NCBI RefSeq assembly: GCF_964204645.1
Contig: NC_134025.1
Span: forward strand, 7,564,001 to 7,628,000
Reading direction: 5' to 3'
Source of the DNA: Tubulanus polymorphus
Lineage: Eukaryota > Animalia > Nemertea
DNA length: 64,000 bases
Under the pieces are notes generated by a model. That model was not told the origin of the DNA. It saw only the letters and a list, made by a program, of their open reading frames with translations, and did not search any database. Every line of letters starts with the position of its first letter. Positions within the stretch are counted from its first letter, which is position 1. This document shows positions 1 through 13,819 of this stretch, piece by piece. A program made the position numbers and the translations under genes.

Positions 1-370
1 CGAACCGACATGTTTTCATATTTCACTATACAAAAATATGACACATAAAGTCACCAAAATTTCAGCATACGTGATCTTGTCTCTATTCAATCAGAATACC
101 CAAGACCAGGGATAATTTGTGGCTGCCTAAATGTACGTAACGCTATTTCGAAAAGAATTCAGTAGTAATAACGATTGAAATTTGTATCTGTTTGGATCTT
201 TTTCCATTTAGACAAAATATCATTAAGAAGTTGATAATAATAGAAGGTGATATGATGTTTTGGATGTAATGTACAGAAATCGGTGTTAGTTAGGAATTAA
301 TTTCATCGTCACATTGATCTAATTAGTTTTTACTCTGAATATGAAAAGTTCAGTTTTCTTAAACATGCTA

Positions 371-536
371 CAGTAGAATCCACTTATAATTCGGATCATT
401 TGGGACTAACAGAATTCATCCGGTTTACGAGAAATCCGGATTAGAAATAAATTTCTTGTATATTGATCGACAATTGGGTTGCAATTATTGTCTGGATATC
501 CGCATTAAGCCGGCCCGGATTAAGCGGGTTTGTCTG
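371..536. mobile_element. Tc1/mariner-pogo-type MITE
   Basis: TA|CAGTAGAATCCACTTATAATTCGG ... CCGGATTAAGCGGGTTTGTCTG|TA: imperfect terminal inverted repeats starting CAG, flanked by TA on both sides. Confidence 0.55.
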
Positions 537-1025
537 TATAGTAACATCTTGATGAGGAGGATAGGTAGCGTGGATTTCCAGCTAAATTGCAAAATTAACT
601 TAAATTTAAATGACTCTCTTTTTCATTTGATCGCGTGACAGAAATTCGGCGAGTGAATTGGGAGTTTTAGGCAGGCGACTGGATCTCGGAGATCGTCGTA
701 TTTTGTAGTTATTTCATTTTCGGCGTGTGAGAAAATAAGGCGACGATCAACACAAAAACCTAAGCAGCTTCAACAGTTAAGCTCTAACCCAACAATCTAG
801 AGGAAGAAAAGCAACGTGAAAATAACTTTAAAATTTTATTTGGCACATCTAAATTCATCTACATATGAATTGGCAAACATTCTTTAAATCATACTTTCTT
901 ACATATTCGAATTTTATATTTCGCGGGGCATTCAATTAGATACACATATAACATTCCAAAATATAATGTCATTAGCTAAGTTCATCACTCGTTTGTGCAA
1001 ATTCCATCTATATGGCTTAGATATG

Positions 1026-1434
1026 CTGTCAAAATGAAAAATCAAATTTACCCGTCAAATTTTCATATTTTACTCGTCAAACTTTCAATTTTTTACCCGT
1101 CAAAACTAACCATCGATTTTACTCAATTCTTCATAAAATGCTCGTCAAAACTCGTATTTGACGAGTGTCGGATGTAGAAATGGCAAAACTAAATCGCTAT
1201 CGTAGATATTCTGTCAAAACAAACTATCGATTTGACGTGTCAAAATCGCTATCGTAGATATCCCGTCAAAATTAATACCTCCTATTGCCAGTAACCCGTC
1301 AAACACATCGTTTTACCAGTCATATTACGCACCAAACCACGTTTTTTGACGCATATTTTTACTGTTCCAATGTAAGTTCGACGAGTAAAATATGAAAAAA
1401 TTTGACGGGTAAATTTGTTATTTTATTTTGACAG
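1026..1434. mobile_element. MITE with ~55-bp terminal inverted repeats
   Basis: CTGTCAAAATGAAAAATCAAATTTACCCGTCAAATTTTCATATTTTACTCGTC (from 1026) is mirrored by GACGAGTAAAATATGAAAAAATTTGACGGGTAAATTTG...TTTTGACAG (to 1434). The interior is rich in (C)GTCAAAA sub-repeats. Confidence 0.75.
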
Positions 1435-1589
1435 TACCGGTACATCTATGCCATAATCTCAAAACTAAATCGATGTGTACAGTAAAAGATTTTCAATTTC
1501 CCCTCACCTTATACGGCCCAACGCTATTAAATGTATTCATTATTACACAACGTTTTCTCACAATAACCATCAAGAAGTATTTCTTTTCA

Positions 1590-4500
1590 TTATCCAATAG
1601 GAAAACCAACAGGCTCGATTTCGTAGCCGTAATAGTCAATTATTCTCAAAGAACCGGCACAACAATACGCTATTTCATTCAACTGAGAGTCATTGATTCG
1701 GTCGCAATAATTCAAGTTGATATATCGAAGGTTAATCGCGTAACTGGTGGATCGATGTCGATTTTTATATTCCTGTAATGAAATAAAAATTTATTCAGAT
1801 AGATGATGATATCGAAATGTGATAATTTTTGAACATCTCGTTTCTTTTCTTGAGCTTTATTAAAATGTCTGTATTTCGTTGTGTCTGAAGTGAAATTCCT
1901 TACCTCATCACTAGGGCTATTATAGTGTTCATCACGTCCTAGAATCACTCTTTCGGCATTTTTCAGTTTGAGAGGTGCTTTAAATTTCAATTGAAAACGA
2001 GTATTATCTTACTTTTTACAAAACAGCTGGCGGCAAGATATAGGTTGAGGTACCTACCTCCAATAATTGGCATGAGTGGATTCGAAGTAATGAGTTTAAG
2101 TCCAGCAATGCAGAGCTGCTTCAACTTAATGCATTTCACTAGAATGGCTTCAAGGCTCACATCTGTCAACTCTATATAAAAAATCAACATTATGAAGAAA
2201 CGGTATTAATCTAAGAGGGCTTTCTGCGATTTAAGGTGGCATCATTTGATCATCTTCTACGTACTATCATTCCAGCTGAGGTCTATATCTTCTAAACAGT
2301 TCAGTCGCTCGACGAGGGTCACCACTGCGCTGTCATTTATCTCACGCACCATAAACAGACTCAATTTCGTCAGTGCCGGACAATTCAAAGACATGGAGTC
2401 CAGAACCTGAATCGTCACTTCACACTGATGCAAGATGAGCACACGTAAATTATGACAGCTTTTGATCAACTCCAACAAGCCTTGTTCGGTTACATTTTCA
2501 CACCACGATAAATCCAAGTGAACTAACTAGAAATTCGGATTGTGATGTAGTTAATACATTGTTTTTTTCATATATGAACTTAGAAAAATTGAAAAAACCC
2601 ATAAACTTACCCTGTCTTTACAGTTATTCGCAATTGCAGTCAGGACAGGATCAGTGACGTCACATTCCGACAGATCAAGGCGTTGGATTTTCGATGTTAT
2701 CAATGGAATGACTGCTTTATGATTATCAGCATGAAGAACACCTGAAATAAATGCATGTATTTTGATTAGTATGACACAGAACTGAAGTTATCTCAAGACA
2801 ATACTTTTACAAACTATCATTTCACCTACCACGGAGATTTAAGGTTTGAAGGTCTTTACATACATTTCCAAGGGTTAAAACTCCAAGAGTAGTTACTCTC
2901 TCACATTCAATCTGAAAATGGACATATATTTTAAGAAAAAAATATAACTGTATAAAACTATAGTTTTCTTTTTATAAAACTATAAACCACTTTGAAATGA
3001 TTGAAATTTCTGAATCTAGTGATGCTCAAGATTTCTAAAATATCTACTTCTTTACCAAAGCAGTGAAATTTTTCCAGGTCAAACCTTACCAAGTAAGCCA
3101 GAATCTACAACACGTATAATGACAAAACTTACTAATGAAATCTCCGTTAAGTTTCTGCAACAGTTTGCGATGTATTCAAGAATTTCGTCAGTCAAATCTT
3201 TCCAGGACAATGTTAAACGCTTCAGCGCCGGATTTGAAAGGAAGAAGGCTTTACAACATAAAGCATTCAAATTCTCATGACTAAAGTCAATACTGTTTGC
3301 ATTTAAACTAATCAAAGCCGGTTCAAACCATTTCAGCCTGGATCGCGGAATAAATGTATTTTCTGGACATTGCGTCCTAGATTTAGCAGGCGATGAGCTC
3401 TCCTCTGAAGGATCAATGGTTGTTCTTGTTGCACCCAATGATTGGTCGACAAGTAACGTTTCATTCATATCACAATTCAAACTAGTGTCAGACACATCTT
3501 GAACAGGAAGACTACTTGAAGTTGTGAGTTTGACATCTTCTAGCATTAGCTGCAGCGTTCCTTGAGCATCCGACCCACCCCACTGAGGTAGGAATGGCGA
3601 TATATGTTGCCGTACATTGTCCACCACATTAGAAGTACTTTCCACAGAGATATTATTCGTCTCAATTAGTCCCCCATCAACAGTTGAATTCTCTAAACTA
3701 TTACCGCATTTATCAACATTTTCCTGATTTGAATTCACTGGTTCATAACCAATATTTTCAATCGAAATACATTTATTCATCACATCGCTACACTCCTGAA
3801 GTATATCTTCAAACGAATGACCCTTGAGTTTTGAAACGTTCATAGCCAGAAATACTGCACTGTTGAAACTGAAACCTCCCAAGTACCAAAATGACATACA
3901 ATCAACCTACAAAGAAAGTTTACCAAGCATCTTTTAAACTAGTACAGTCCATAGATAACTATGACATCACAAACTTGGGTTTTAACATCCTTTTAACCTT
4001 GGTCCATGAAAAATCAAGGTGATTTAGGGTTCGTCCACAGAGTGTCACAAGATTTCTAATTCCCATACTGCCTATCTTCTGACAGGCAGATATATCAACA
4101 CTTGTTAAAGATGACAGCATTTCTAACTGAAAGGATTAACAAATACATCAGCATTTTTCATATAAACCAATCATCACAGAATAAAGCCTGAAAACAATAT
4201 CTAACCACTTACGCTGTCACTTTCATGTCTTTCTTGCAGTAGCTGATCTTCTTCGCGGATAAGAAACACTTCATCTGTTAGTTCATTGCAAGAAGACAAA
4301 CCGAGATGTTTTAGACGTGGAAGAAAAACAAGAATAGTCTACAAAAAATAAGACACGAATCAGTCCTAAAAACATTTGATACTTGGCCTGTACATAGAAT
4401 TTCTAATGTGAAATAGGCCTAGATGATTGATCTTACATGTACAGATTCGTTAGATATATCAGTACTTTCAGCAGTAAAGGAAGTTAGATTCTGTAAGTTA

Positions 4501-5124
4501 TGAGAACAAAGCGATATCAATCCTGGTCGAATCAATCCTTCATGACATTCCGATAGATTCAGATAATGCGGTTTGCACCTTCAAACAAAATGAGACACTA
4601 ATTATCATCAAATACTGCATAATAGGGAATCATTATCAGGCTATGTTTTAATTCATTCTTAGTTGAGCACTGGAAAATTAATAATTCTTCTTGACTTGTC
4701 ATAAGACTTTAATTCTAAGGTGAACCTGTGTAAAAGGTAATTTACAGTGTCAATATATAGCTGATACTGCTTCAGTAAATCTGAGGGCATATATTGATAC
4801 TTTGGCATAATGATCTCCAAGTCTGCACAGCTACCTATTGATGACATAATCTATCCCATAATCACGCAGCTTGTCACATTTCTTCAAGCACAACTTCTTC
4901 ATGTGAGGTGGTGCACAACTACGCAACACTGTTTGTGTCAATCTCTTCGGGTACAAATCGACAAGTCGATTTAGAATTGATTCCGATACAGCAGTGAAAT
5001 GATCTGTTGAAAGAAGATCGATTATATTGTTATCTTCCGTATCTGAATATTCTCTTCGTCCAATGAGTAATTGTACGCATGTGTCTCGCGCTATGTACGC
5101 AAGACTTTGAACTGAAGACATCAT
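1590..5124 (-). CDS. Multi-exon leucine-rich-repeat protein (FBXL/AMN1/RNI-like cysteine-containing LRRs)
   Basis: Start MMSSVQSL at 5124. Exons encode LRRs such as LDLSWCENVTEQGL, LILHQCEVT, IDLSWN and LCLKKCDKLRDYGI. The last exon reads EYKNRHRS...LNYCDRINDSQL...IIDYYGYEIEPVGFPIG* (stop at 1590). Boundaries are GT-AG; the junction near 2007-2057 is uncertain. Confidence 0.8.
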
Positions 5125-5940
5125 GCACACATTAGCTAGCAATGGCTAAAAGTAAATGTATATTCTGCGCTGCAGTCAACTCCTCAAGTCCAGAGTCCAG
5201 AATAATTCTATAATAGCTATGATATCTCAGTCGTCCGGAGACGGAGTCTCTGACTGAGTGAATGACTCAGAAGTGAGCTGTCCAATCCAACAAAAAATCA
5301 ACATGTCCTTGTCAGTCTTGAACCATTATCAATACTACTTTAACAATTTAATTTCTAGTATTATAAAATTATTTCATTTATTTTCTATTTCATTTTGGTT
5401 GGTGCAACGGCCTTGAGTACACTCAGTTGAATACTGTATTTACTCGCATGCCGCATGAAGAATATTGAACAGTAGAACTAGTTCACGTGTTCGCCGCTAT
5501 TAATACACATAGCGGCAGCACTTGTCGGAGTCACGGTACAGAGTAATTACACCGGGCAGTCTATTCTTTTCGGAATTCAATTGCAGATATCCCTATTTCC
5601 AAGAATTTTTCAAGAAATGTAGTCACTGAACAAAAACCAGCACATCGTGAATAGGTTAATTCCAAGTACCAAAAACACTTCAACTAGATTTTACATTTTT
5701 ACCTCGCCCTATATATGAAAACAGGTTTTTACTGACGCGTTCCTGGCCTAGTACCGGCGCAGATCAAGAGTTGGCACTGTAATTTTCAACGGCTTTTAGC
5801 CCTCATTTAAAACATGGCAAGCCATGATGGAGTTTTCTATGCAAAGATTTTTAACGCAATGTGATTGTTCTTAGTTCGCCGTACGGTTTTGTTTTATCTG
5901 TATTCTCGATCTGGTACACGAAAATATTTTGTACACTTAG

Positions 5941-6707
5941 ATGGAGATAGATAAAGGAAAATGGAAACGATACTTATGGATATTTCAAGAAATCATAGCG
6001 GTTCTGTTGGAATTCATTTATCTGCTCGTTTTCGTAAGATTCATCCCAACGAAAAGAAAGAGATACATACAAGAATTGTTCACCAAAGGACAATATGAAA
6101 AAACTAACATACGAAAGGAGGACATTGACAATACAGTATTTTCAATTGAAGCATTTCGAGCAAAATTCCTCCAATTTTGGCGCATAAAAAGACTACAAAC
6201 CGTAAAGTTGGGTAGTTCTGTCGAAAATGTAATTTTGTACACTTTGGAAGGAAAACCTGAACGGTTAGTAGATTATTTGAGCAACGACAAGCCTTTGGTA
6301 ATAAACTTCGGCAGCACGACAGCGCCTAACTTTGTATCCAGTTTACAATGCGAGTTTCCAGATCTGATTAAAGAATACCGAGAAATTAGCAATTTTTCTT
6401 AATTGTTTACGTGATGGAAGCTCATCCAACCGACGGTTGGTATTTTCCAAGTAGTTTTAAAGACAAGGTTAGCTACCAAAAGAGCTTACAAGAAAGGATT
6501 GACACCGTTTTAGAGAATCGAGGACAACTTTACTGTCCACTTTTGGTTGACGATATTCACGATAAAGCAGCTCAGACGTATGGTGTATGTGAGTGTTGCA
6601 TTATCGTTTTACAAAATGGTAAATGTGTATTCACGACTGGATGCGGTCCGTTATATTACAGAATTGAAAAACTGAAAAATTGGTTGGATAGCTACGCCTG
6701 TTGGTGA
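5941..6707 (+). pseudogene. Intronless iodothyronine deiodinase-like gene, Sec replaced by Ala, interrupted by a frameshift (pseudogene or assembly indel)
   Basis: N-terminal hydrophobic anchor. KPLVINFGSTTAPNF corresponds to the deiodinase motif PLVLNFGSCTUPPF. After a frame change at ~6393-6398 it continues FLIVYVMEAHPTDGW...LLVDDIHDKAAQTYG...GPLYY...LKNWL*. Confidence 0.8.
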
Positions 6708-7267
6708 CTACTTCACTTTGGCCACAGATAGATCTATAAATAAATGATAAGATAAAGTGGAAAATAATGCACTACTCAATTGTCTTAGTTTTTGATTTTG
6801 TATTGCACGTATGTGACACATGCACGTATGTGATACGGCTCCCGGCGTTCTTTTCCACAGTAGGAAACCTTAATCCTACCAATCCTCATTATCATTTCAA
6901 ATGCCCATGTTTTTCCATAAGTCTCCTCATTGTGGACAAAATCACAAAATTACAGATAGTAACAGATTCAAGAGGATCAATAGAAAAATCATATCAAATG
7001 ATATAAATTTATTAAACATAAAATAGACATGTATAAACATTTAATGGTGCGATACATATTCCAAAATCTCTCAAAATCTACAAATAAAACGTATCATCAG
7101 AGCTGAAGCCACGCGCATGCCAGGAGAGAAAACTGTCACAATTTCATTTTTGATACAAATGATTAAAACTTCATCATGGAGCCTTAATACATGTGTTTCA
7201 TCATCAATAATCTATTTTGTCATAATATCGTCTATCTCATCACATATTCTAAATATACAGCCCTATG

Positions 7268-10200
7268 TCACTCCCATCCCTGAGATAAAACTTCCATGCA
7301 CCGTGGACAAGGTTCAGATACTTTCTTTGATGTATGTTTCCTACAGCGTGGACACTGCTTTTTAATTCCGGTATATAGCGCAATTGTGTACTTTTCCGTT
7401 GTTTGCTTGCCATCTGTAATGCATCAATACATAATGATTAATACGATTGACTTTTGTAGAAAACAATTATCCCTACACATGCCGCTTCCTACCTTTGTGT
7501 AGTAGATCTAATTCTCCTTTGAAGATTGGAGTATCATCTATTATGTTGATAGCTGGATTAGTTGATAAAGATGAACACGCACACTGCATTATTTCAGCAA
7601 GGGCAGAATGACTAGATGATTCGTTATTTTGATATCTCTGTAAGTATAATGAAGTTATTAGAAACTAGACACCAACGAGCTCTCAGGCCTTAAATATTTT
7701 GTGAACTGGCTGGTAAATTCTGTAATCTCTAACTCTTTTCTGCAGAAAATAGTAATTTACAGTGTATAACGTAGTAATAATACTTACTTGCAAGTGGTTA
7801 AAGAGGTTTTTTGATGTTCCAATGATTACGTCGAACACGTTTGGATTGCTACTGTCAATCATTGTGAAAAAGGAATCTCGTATTGTGAGCACTGGTGTCA
7901 TGAGTCTCTCAGTTTCCTGGTCATTCCATTCCGGTGGACTTGCAAACCAAGGAGTATGGAATACATTTTCTGGATGATCTAATTCATTCCCTAATATATG
8001 ATAATACGTATAATTCTGTAGCTAACCATTAGTAATTCAATCTTATGCTGTACATTGTCAGTCTTACCGTCCTCGTCCATTGAAAGTGGAAAATGCTGAT
8101 ATACCTCTTGAGCGAAGTGTGGCAGGATTGGTGAACAGCATTTTGTCAGTACATTGAGAATATGATATAAAACAGTTTGACAAGATCGCCTTGCATGACT
8201 TGCCTCCAGTGTACAATACAATCTAAAGCAAAACGGTAGTAAATTTGTAGTTATTCAATTTTCCTATGTGCATAAGCTATTTTGTAACTAATATAAATGG
8301 TACATCCACATATCATTTAACAATAATTCGAATCAGAAGCAAGGCTTAATTAAGTTACCTGTCTTTAATAATGCTGAAGTAGAATCCAGAAATATCTACA
8401 TTGACAAATTTCTCTGTTTCAAGAAGTACGCGATTATACTGGAATTCATCATAATATTTCGTAATCTGAATTGAAAATTTAGACAGGGAATTTCAAAACT
8501 AAAAAATTTCCTTTTCAAACAAAGACTATAGTTGAGATTTCTACTTACATGCTGGGTGAAGTTGAATAACTGGTATAGCATATACTTGTCTTGAGGAAGA
8601 AGACGATTGTATTGTATAATTTGGTTTGGATTAAAGTCGAACAAATTTCCGAGCATGAACTTCATGACTTTCCTCAGCTGTAAAAGGTGAAATCTATTGA
8701 AATGAAACAAATCGAAAAATATAAAGAGTAGAAGATCTATCCATACTTACTTTGAATATATTTTCGTTGCACTGCATTAGAACCTTGTTACCAATCTTAA
8801 TGTTAGAATGTACATTTTCCTTGGCTGCCCACCACCTTAAAACATCAGCTCCAAATGCAGGATTTTTGCTCTTATTCTATAATACAGATATACCATCAGG
8901 TAAAATTGATATGACTTAAGTGTCTAAAAGAAACCTTCATCAAGTAACAATAATCAAAATCTACCTTTCCACCATTACAGATAACCTGTGGGTCAACGAC
9001 GTTACCAATAGATTTCGACATCTTTCTTCCATCTTCATCAACAGTAAATCCATGACTGATAACTTGTCTGTAAATTATAACACGCAGAATTTACAGAAAA
9101 TTTTTTAGATTTATTGTCAGAAATTGACGTAGTTGAATAATGAGTATGTACTTATATGGAGCTCTTCCTCTTGCAGCAACACTCAATAACAATGATGATT
9201 GAAACCAACCACCAAATTGATCTGATCCTTCAAGATATACATCAGCACAGTCTATTCCCTCTAAAGAAAGGATGATTGCATGTATGCATAATTCCACTGT
9301 TTGAAATATTAATTTTGACTGCTAGTTAAAGTTTTTGTCAAATGAACTTACCATTTCTTAACACACAGTCCCAAGATGATCCTGAATCAAACCAAATGTC
9401 CAGTATATCATCACCTCTTGTAAATTCAGTTTCTGCAGGAACACCAGCCTAAAATATTTGTATTTTCTCATTGAACTAATTTCTGATTGAGAGAAGAGGC
9501 TGGAAATTGCACTAGGAAAACTGCATATCACATGGTAAATATCCATCAGTAACAAAATTGTTTTACCTTTCGCAAAATATGATTTGGTAGAAGCTCCTTG
9601 TGTGTAAAATTCCACCAACAGTCCGTACCATGTTCTTTAACTAATGCACTAAGATGTTCAGTAGTTTCTCTAGAGAACAGTCACTTCAATCATTCAAATA
9701 TCCACAGTTTACCATGAATTAATGTAAATCTTTATATCTATATATGATATGTACCTACCTCGTGATCAGAGGTTCGTTGGTTTCACTATTGTAGAATACC
9801 GGAATAGGAACTCCCCAAACTCGCTGCCTTGATATACACCAGTACGTTCTTGCATTAAGCTGAGCTTCCATACTTCGAGCAGCCGTCGCAGGAAACAGAG
9901 AAACGTCTTTCAAACATTCCTACAAAAACTCACATAATCGTAGATAACAGACAATGTAGACCATAGTCCTTTGCAGTAATCAAAATATATTTTCACTTAC
10001 CAAAGCTTTGTCCTTTATTTTCTGAGTGTCAATGAACCACTGTTTACTGGCTCGGATAATGATTGGTTTTTTCGTTCGCCAGTCATATGGATAACTATGT
10101 TTGTATTCGTGTTGATGAAGTAAATCATTTGAGAGCATTTTCAACACAGTTTCGTTTCCACTTGTAAGAACCGACTTTCCTGCAAGATCCTTGAGTTTAC

Positions 10201-13200
10201 CACACGTGTATTTACCCATTTCATCGACTATACAATCCTATATTCCAAACATCAATGAGATGACAACAAAATGTAAACACGCATATAGGATTATCTGCAC
10301 ATTGAACCGGCATTACCAAAATAGAATAATGTAGAATGTACCGGTATGTTAAGAATAAACTTTCATTGATAATTACTTTCTTCTTACCAATGAAAGCTGA
10401 TTTTTCACAGCTATTTGAAAGTCTTCCTGACCATGTGCTGGTGCTGTATGTACTAAGCCAGTGCCCTTTTCAATTGTGACATGATCAGCAGGAAGGAATT
10501 GCTTCTCCTGGTTACTCAATGGATGCTGATATTTCATACCATTCATTTGAGCACCTAAAACATACCAAGAGCCAGTGGAAGATTGAATGTACATTCAATG
10601 AATGTATTATCAAAGGTCTCAATTGTATGAAAAATATACCTGGAAATGAGGAAATGACTTGTAATTCTACACCTAATATTCCGCAAATCTTTTCGATGAG
10701 ATCAGAGGCAACAATATAAAGATCTGAAGTATCCAAGTTTTTCACAACAGAATAGCTGAAATAAACAAATCATTCAATAAATGCATCCTTCTATCAGAAC
10801 ATTTGCTTTTTCTTCCTTTAAGGGATCCTAAACTGACCTTATCTTTTTGCCATAGCAGATAGCTTCATTTGCTGGGATTGTCCATGGAGTAGTGGTCCAT
10901 ATTATCCCATATATTTTACTTTTATCACAGTCTGAAATGTTTAAAACCTCATCGCAATCACCATTGTAACTACCGGTATATACAGTCAATTTTTCAGTAC
11001 AATTATGGTATCTTTTGTACTATAAAGCTATGATACAAAGAAGCAAATCATACCTATCAACTTCAGTATCTCTTTTGGCAGCTGTGTTATCAAACATCTT
11101 AGGTAAATTGAAGTGCTGTAGAAAAGATGGTATTGAGTTTCAATATTCATTTCTCATCAAATACATATCTTGGTAAAACTAATGTATCACCTTATATGAT
11201 TTTCTTCATATTCAATTTCTGCCTCTGCTAATGCTGTCCTGAAACATAAAATTACAACAGCATACAATAACAATTAATGCAATATCTCTATGTATATGGA
11301 TGAGTCAACTAATCTCAAAAGTATACCTTGATGAAGGGGACCAATAGACTGGCATGTAATCTTGATACACGTACCCCTATTCAAAAGAAACTTAAATTCA
11401 TTCTTCTCAAAATTATTACCTTAGAATCAGGTCCAGGAGCTAGTTGCTCAAAAATTGGTATGATCAAAATATAGTGTCAATTTAACCACCTTTTGAACAT
11501 CTAACCAGAGAATATTAGTAAATTGTACTGAATTGCGATGTACATAAAAAGAACATACCTTTTCATACAGTTCATAGAAAAGCTCAATTTGTTTACTTTC
11601 ATACTCTTTATCATAGGTATAGTAACATTTGTCCCAATCTGCCATAATTCCCCATCGCTTGAACACTTTTTTCTGTTTATCAATGGCTTTAGAAGCATAT
11701 AACTGTGCTGTAAAAATAATAAGTCTCAAGGCTAACTGATTTTAAAACAAGACATTTTCTTCTTAGGAGGATACTGCTTAATTATATGTTTACCTTTGGA
11801 TCTTATTTGTTGAGGTGAAAGTTTGGAGGCATCAATTTTCTCAGTGGCTAAAACTTTCTGCTCAATTGGTAAACCATGACAATCCCAGCCTGGTCGATAG
11901 TGTATCCGGTAACCTCGTAGTAATTTATATCGATTAGTCACATCTTTTAAGATCTATTAATAGAATTTACATCAAATGTTATTCAGACTATAATCGAAAA
12001 TGTTTCTGCCTTCAGATAAGAAAACTCACAGAAAAAAGATACCTTATTCACTGCATGTCCGACATGGGCATCACCATTTGCATATGGTGGACCATCATGG
12101 AGGACATATACTTGTTGTCGATCGTCTTGATTCTCTTGCCACTGGTACAGCTGATCAAAAGTTTTACTCTAAATTAATGATAGATACAAAATGAGAACCT
12201 TTGATTTCTGAAGACTTAAGCGTTTTTATCTAAGCAAATCACTTTGGATTTACAAATCCACCTGTCTTGGCTGATTTGATAAATCGATTTGCAGTTAGAT
12301 AATCGCGGGGATTAGTAACCAGTGCTGGGAGACTTGCTGATTCTTTTCCGCCATCTTTACTCTCCATGTAAATCTACTCAAATCAGTTTGACAAATCAAG
12401 CAAATCGCTCCACTAGCAATTTGCTTGATTTATCAAATCGATTTGAGTAATCATTTAAATAAATGCATTGATTAGCCGAATCGATTTGATAAATCAAGAA
12501 GATAAATGCGCAGAATTTACTCTGGTAAATTGATTTGACAAATCAACATCTATATAAAAACGCCTATTGCTTGGCCTGTCGCCTTTCAGCTATATGGTGG
12601 CTGATTTGGGCTAATGTCAAATACTGGATATGCAATGTGATCATGAGAGCGCTAGTCTACCAGAACAAGGAAAAATGTTGAATTTTCTTAAAACAGTCGA
12701 TGGTGCAATGAAATAGAATTTTTATTAGGAATCGGCCACCATCCAACTGAATCAGCCACCATGTCCATGACAATGAACCAGGCCTTTTTCGACTGACCTC
12801 TTGCAAAGATTCCTCCCGAATGAGGACAGCTCCATTCTTCACAGAAGTTTCATAAACTGTTTTTGGAAGAAGGAGAGAGTTGGCATATAATTTATTGACA
12901 CTTTTCAAGTCTTTTTTATTGGTTTTGGACGTTTTTCCATTGCCATCGCTCAAATAACGCATTCCACGTTTCAACAGTCCAAAATTACGTGCACCTCCTT
13001 TGACCAAATGCATCATTTCAATCTATATATTTGATCAATACACATTAAATCAACAAATCAGTTTGATGTTTCGATGTTTTTCATTGTGCACTGAAATAGA
13101 ATTTTTATGAGGAATCGGCCACCATCCAACTGAATCAGCCACCATGTCCATGACAATGAACCAGGCCTTTTTCGACTGACCTCTTGCAAAGATTCCTCCC

Positions 13201-13399
13201 GAATGAGGGCAGCTCCATTCTTCACAGAAGTTTCATAAACTGTTTTTGGAAGAAGGAGAGAGTCGGCATATAATTTATTGACACTATTCAAGTCTTTTTT
13301 ATTGGTTTTGGACGTTTTTCCATTGCTATCGCTCAAATAACGCATTCCACGTTTCAACAGTCCAAAATTACGCGCACCTCCTTTGACCAAATGCATCAT
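7268..13399 (-). CDS. IARS2: Isoleucyl-tRNA synthetase, mitochondrial type (multi-exon)
   Basis: [20 protein letters not shown] (HIGH motif, ~12050-12105), [60 protein letters not shown] (~9000-9030), C-terminal zinc finger CPRC...CPRC then stop at 7268. The N-terminus is basic and presequence-like. The start is at 13399 or 13016 (duplicated exon). Confidence 0.95.
12219..12564. mobile_element. MITE in IARS2 intron
   Basis: TA|AGCGTTTTTATCTA ... TATATAAAAACGCC|TA inverted termini. The interior carries repeated, partly palindromic GATTTGATAAATC/GATTTGACAAATC units in both orientations. Confidence 0.65.
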
Positions 13400-13470
13400 T
13401 TCAATCTATATATTTGATCAATACACATTAAATCAACAAATCAGTTTGATGTTTCGATGTTTTTCATTGT
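12704..13470. repeat. Tandem direct duplication, period 383 bp, containing IARS2 first coding exon
   Basis: 12704-13087 and 13087-13470 are near-identical (about 7 substitutions by eye). Each copy has ATG, 73 codons and a GAG|GTCAGT donor. Confidence 0.95.
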
Positions 13471-13819
13471 AGTATTATTTCCATATGGGGCCGGTTTGCT
13501 AAGGAGGCTGACATGTTTTAGGGATGCAGTGAATAAATATTTTAAAAAAGAGCCTAACACCCAATGAACATTCGAAAAATAATGAATGCACATTTTCAAT
13601 ATCTTAACGCCTATCTTAACAAGGTTTGAAAGATAAAGCATGTATTTTGAGGTAATAATTTTGAAAAATCCAGGTTCATTTTTGATGTAAATCTAGGTAA
13701 TGAATAAGCATGTAGGTCAAGGTCATCGAACTGTTTACTGTCACATAAAATACTTCCTGTTTTCTGTCAAAGGGTTTTCCTGCAGCTCACATGACTCGTC
13801 GTCGGAGACAACGACAATC

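Noticed and set aside
6411-6707. Separate 98-aa gene
   Set aside because: It is the C-terminal half of the deiodinase-like gene in another frame.
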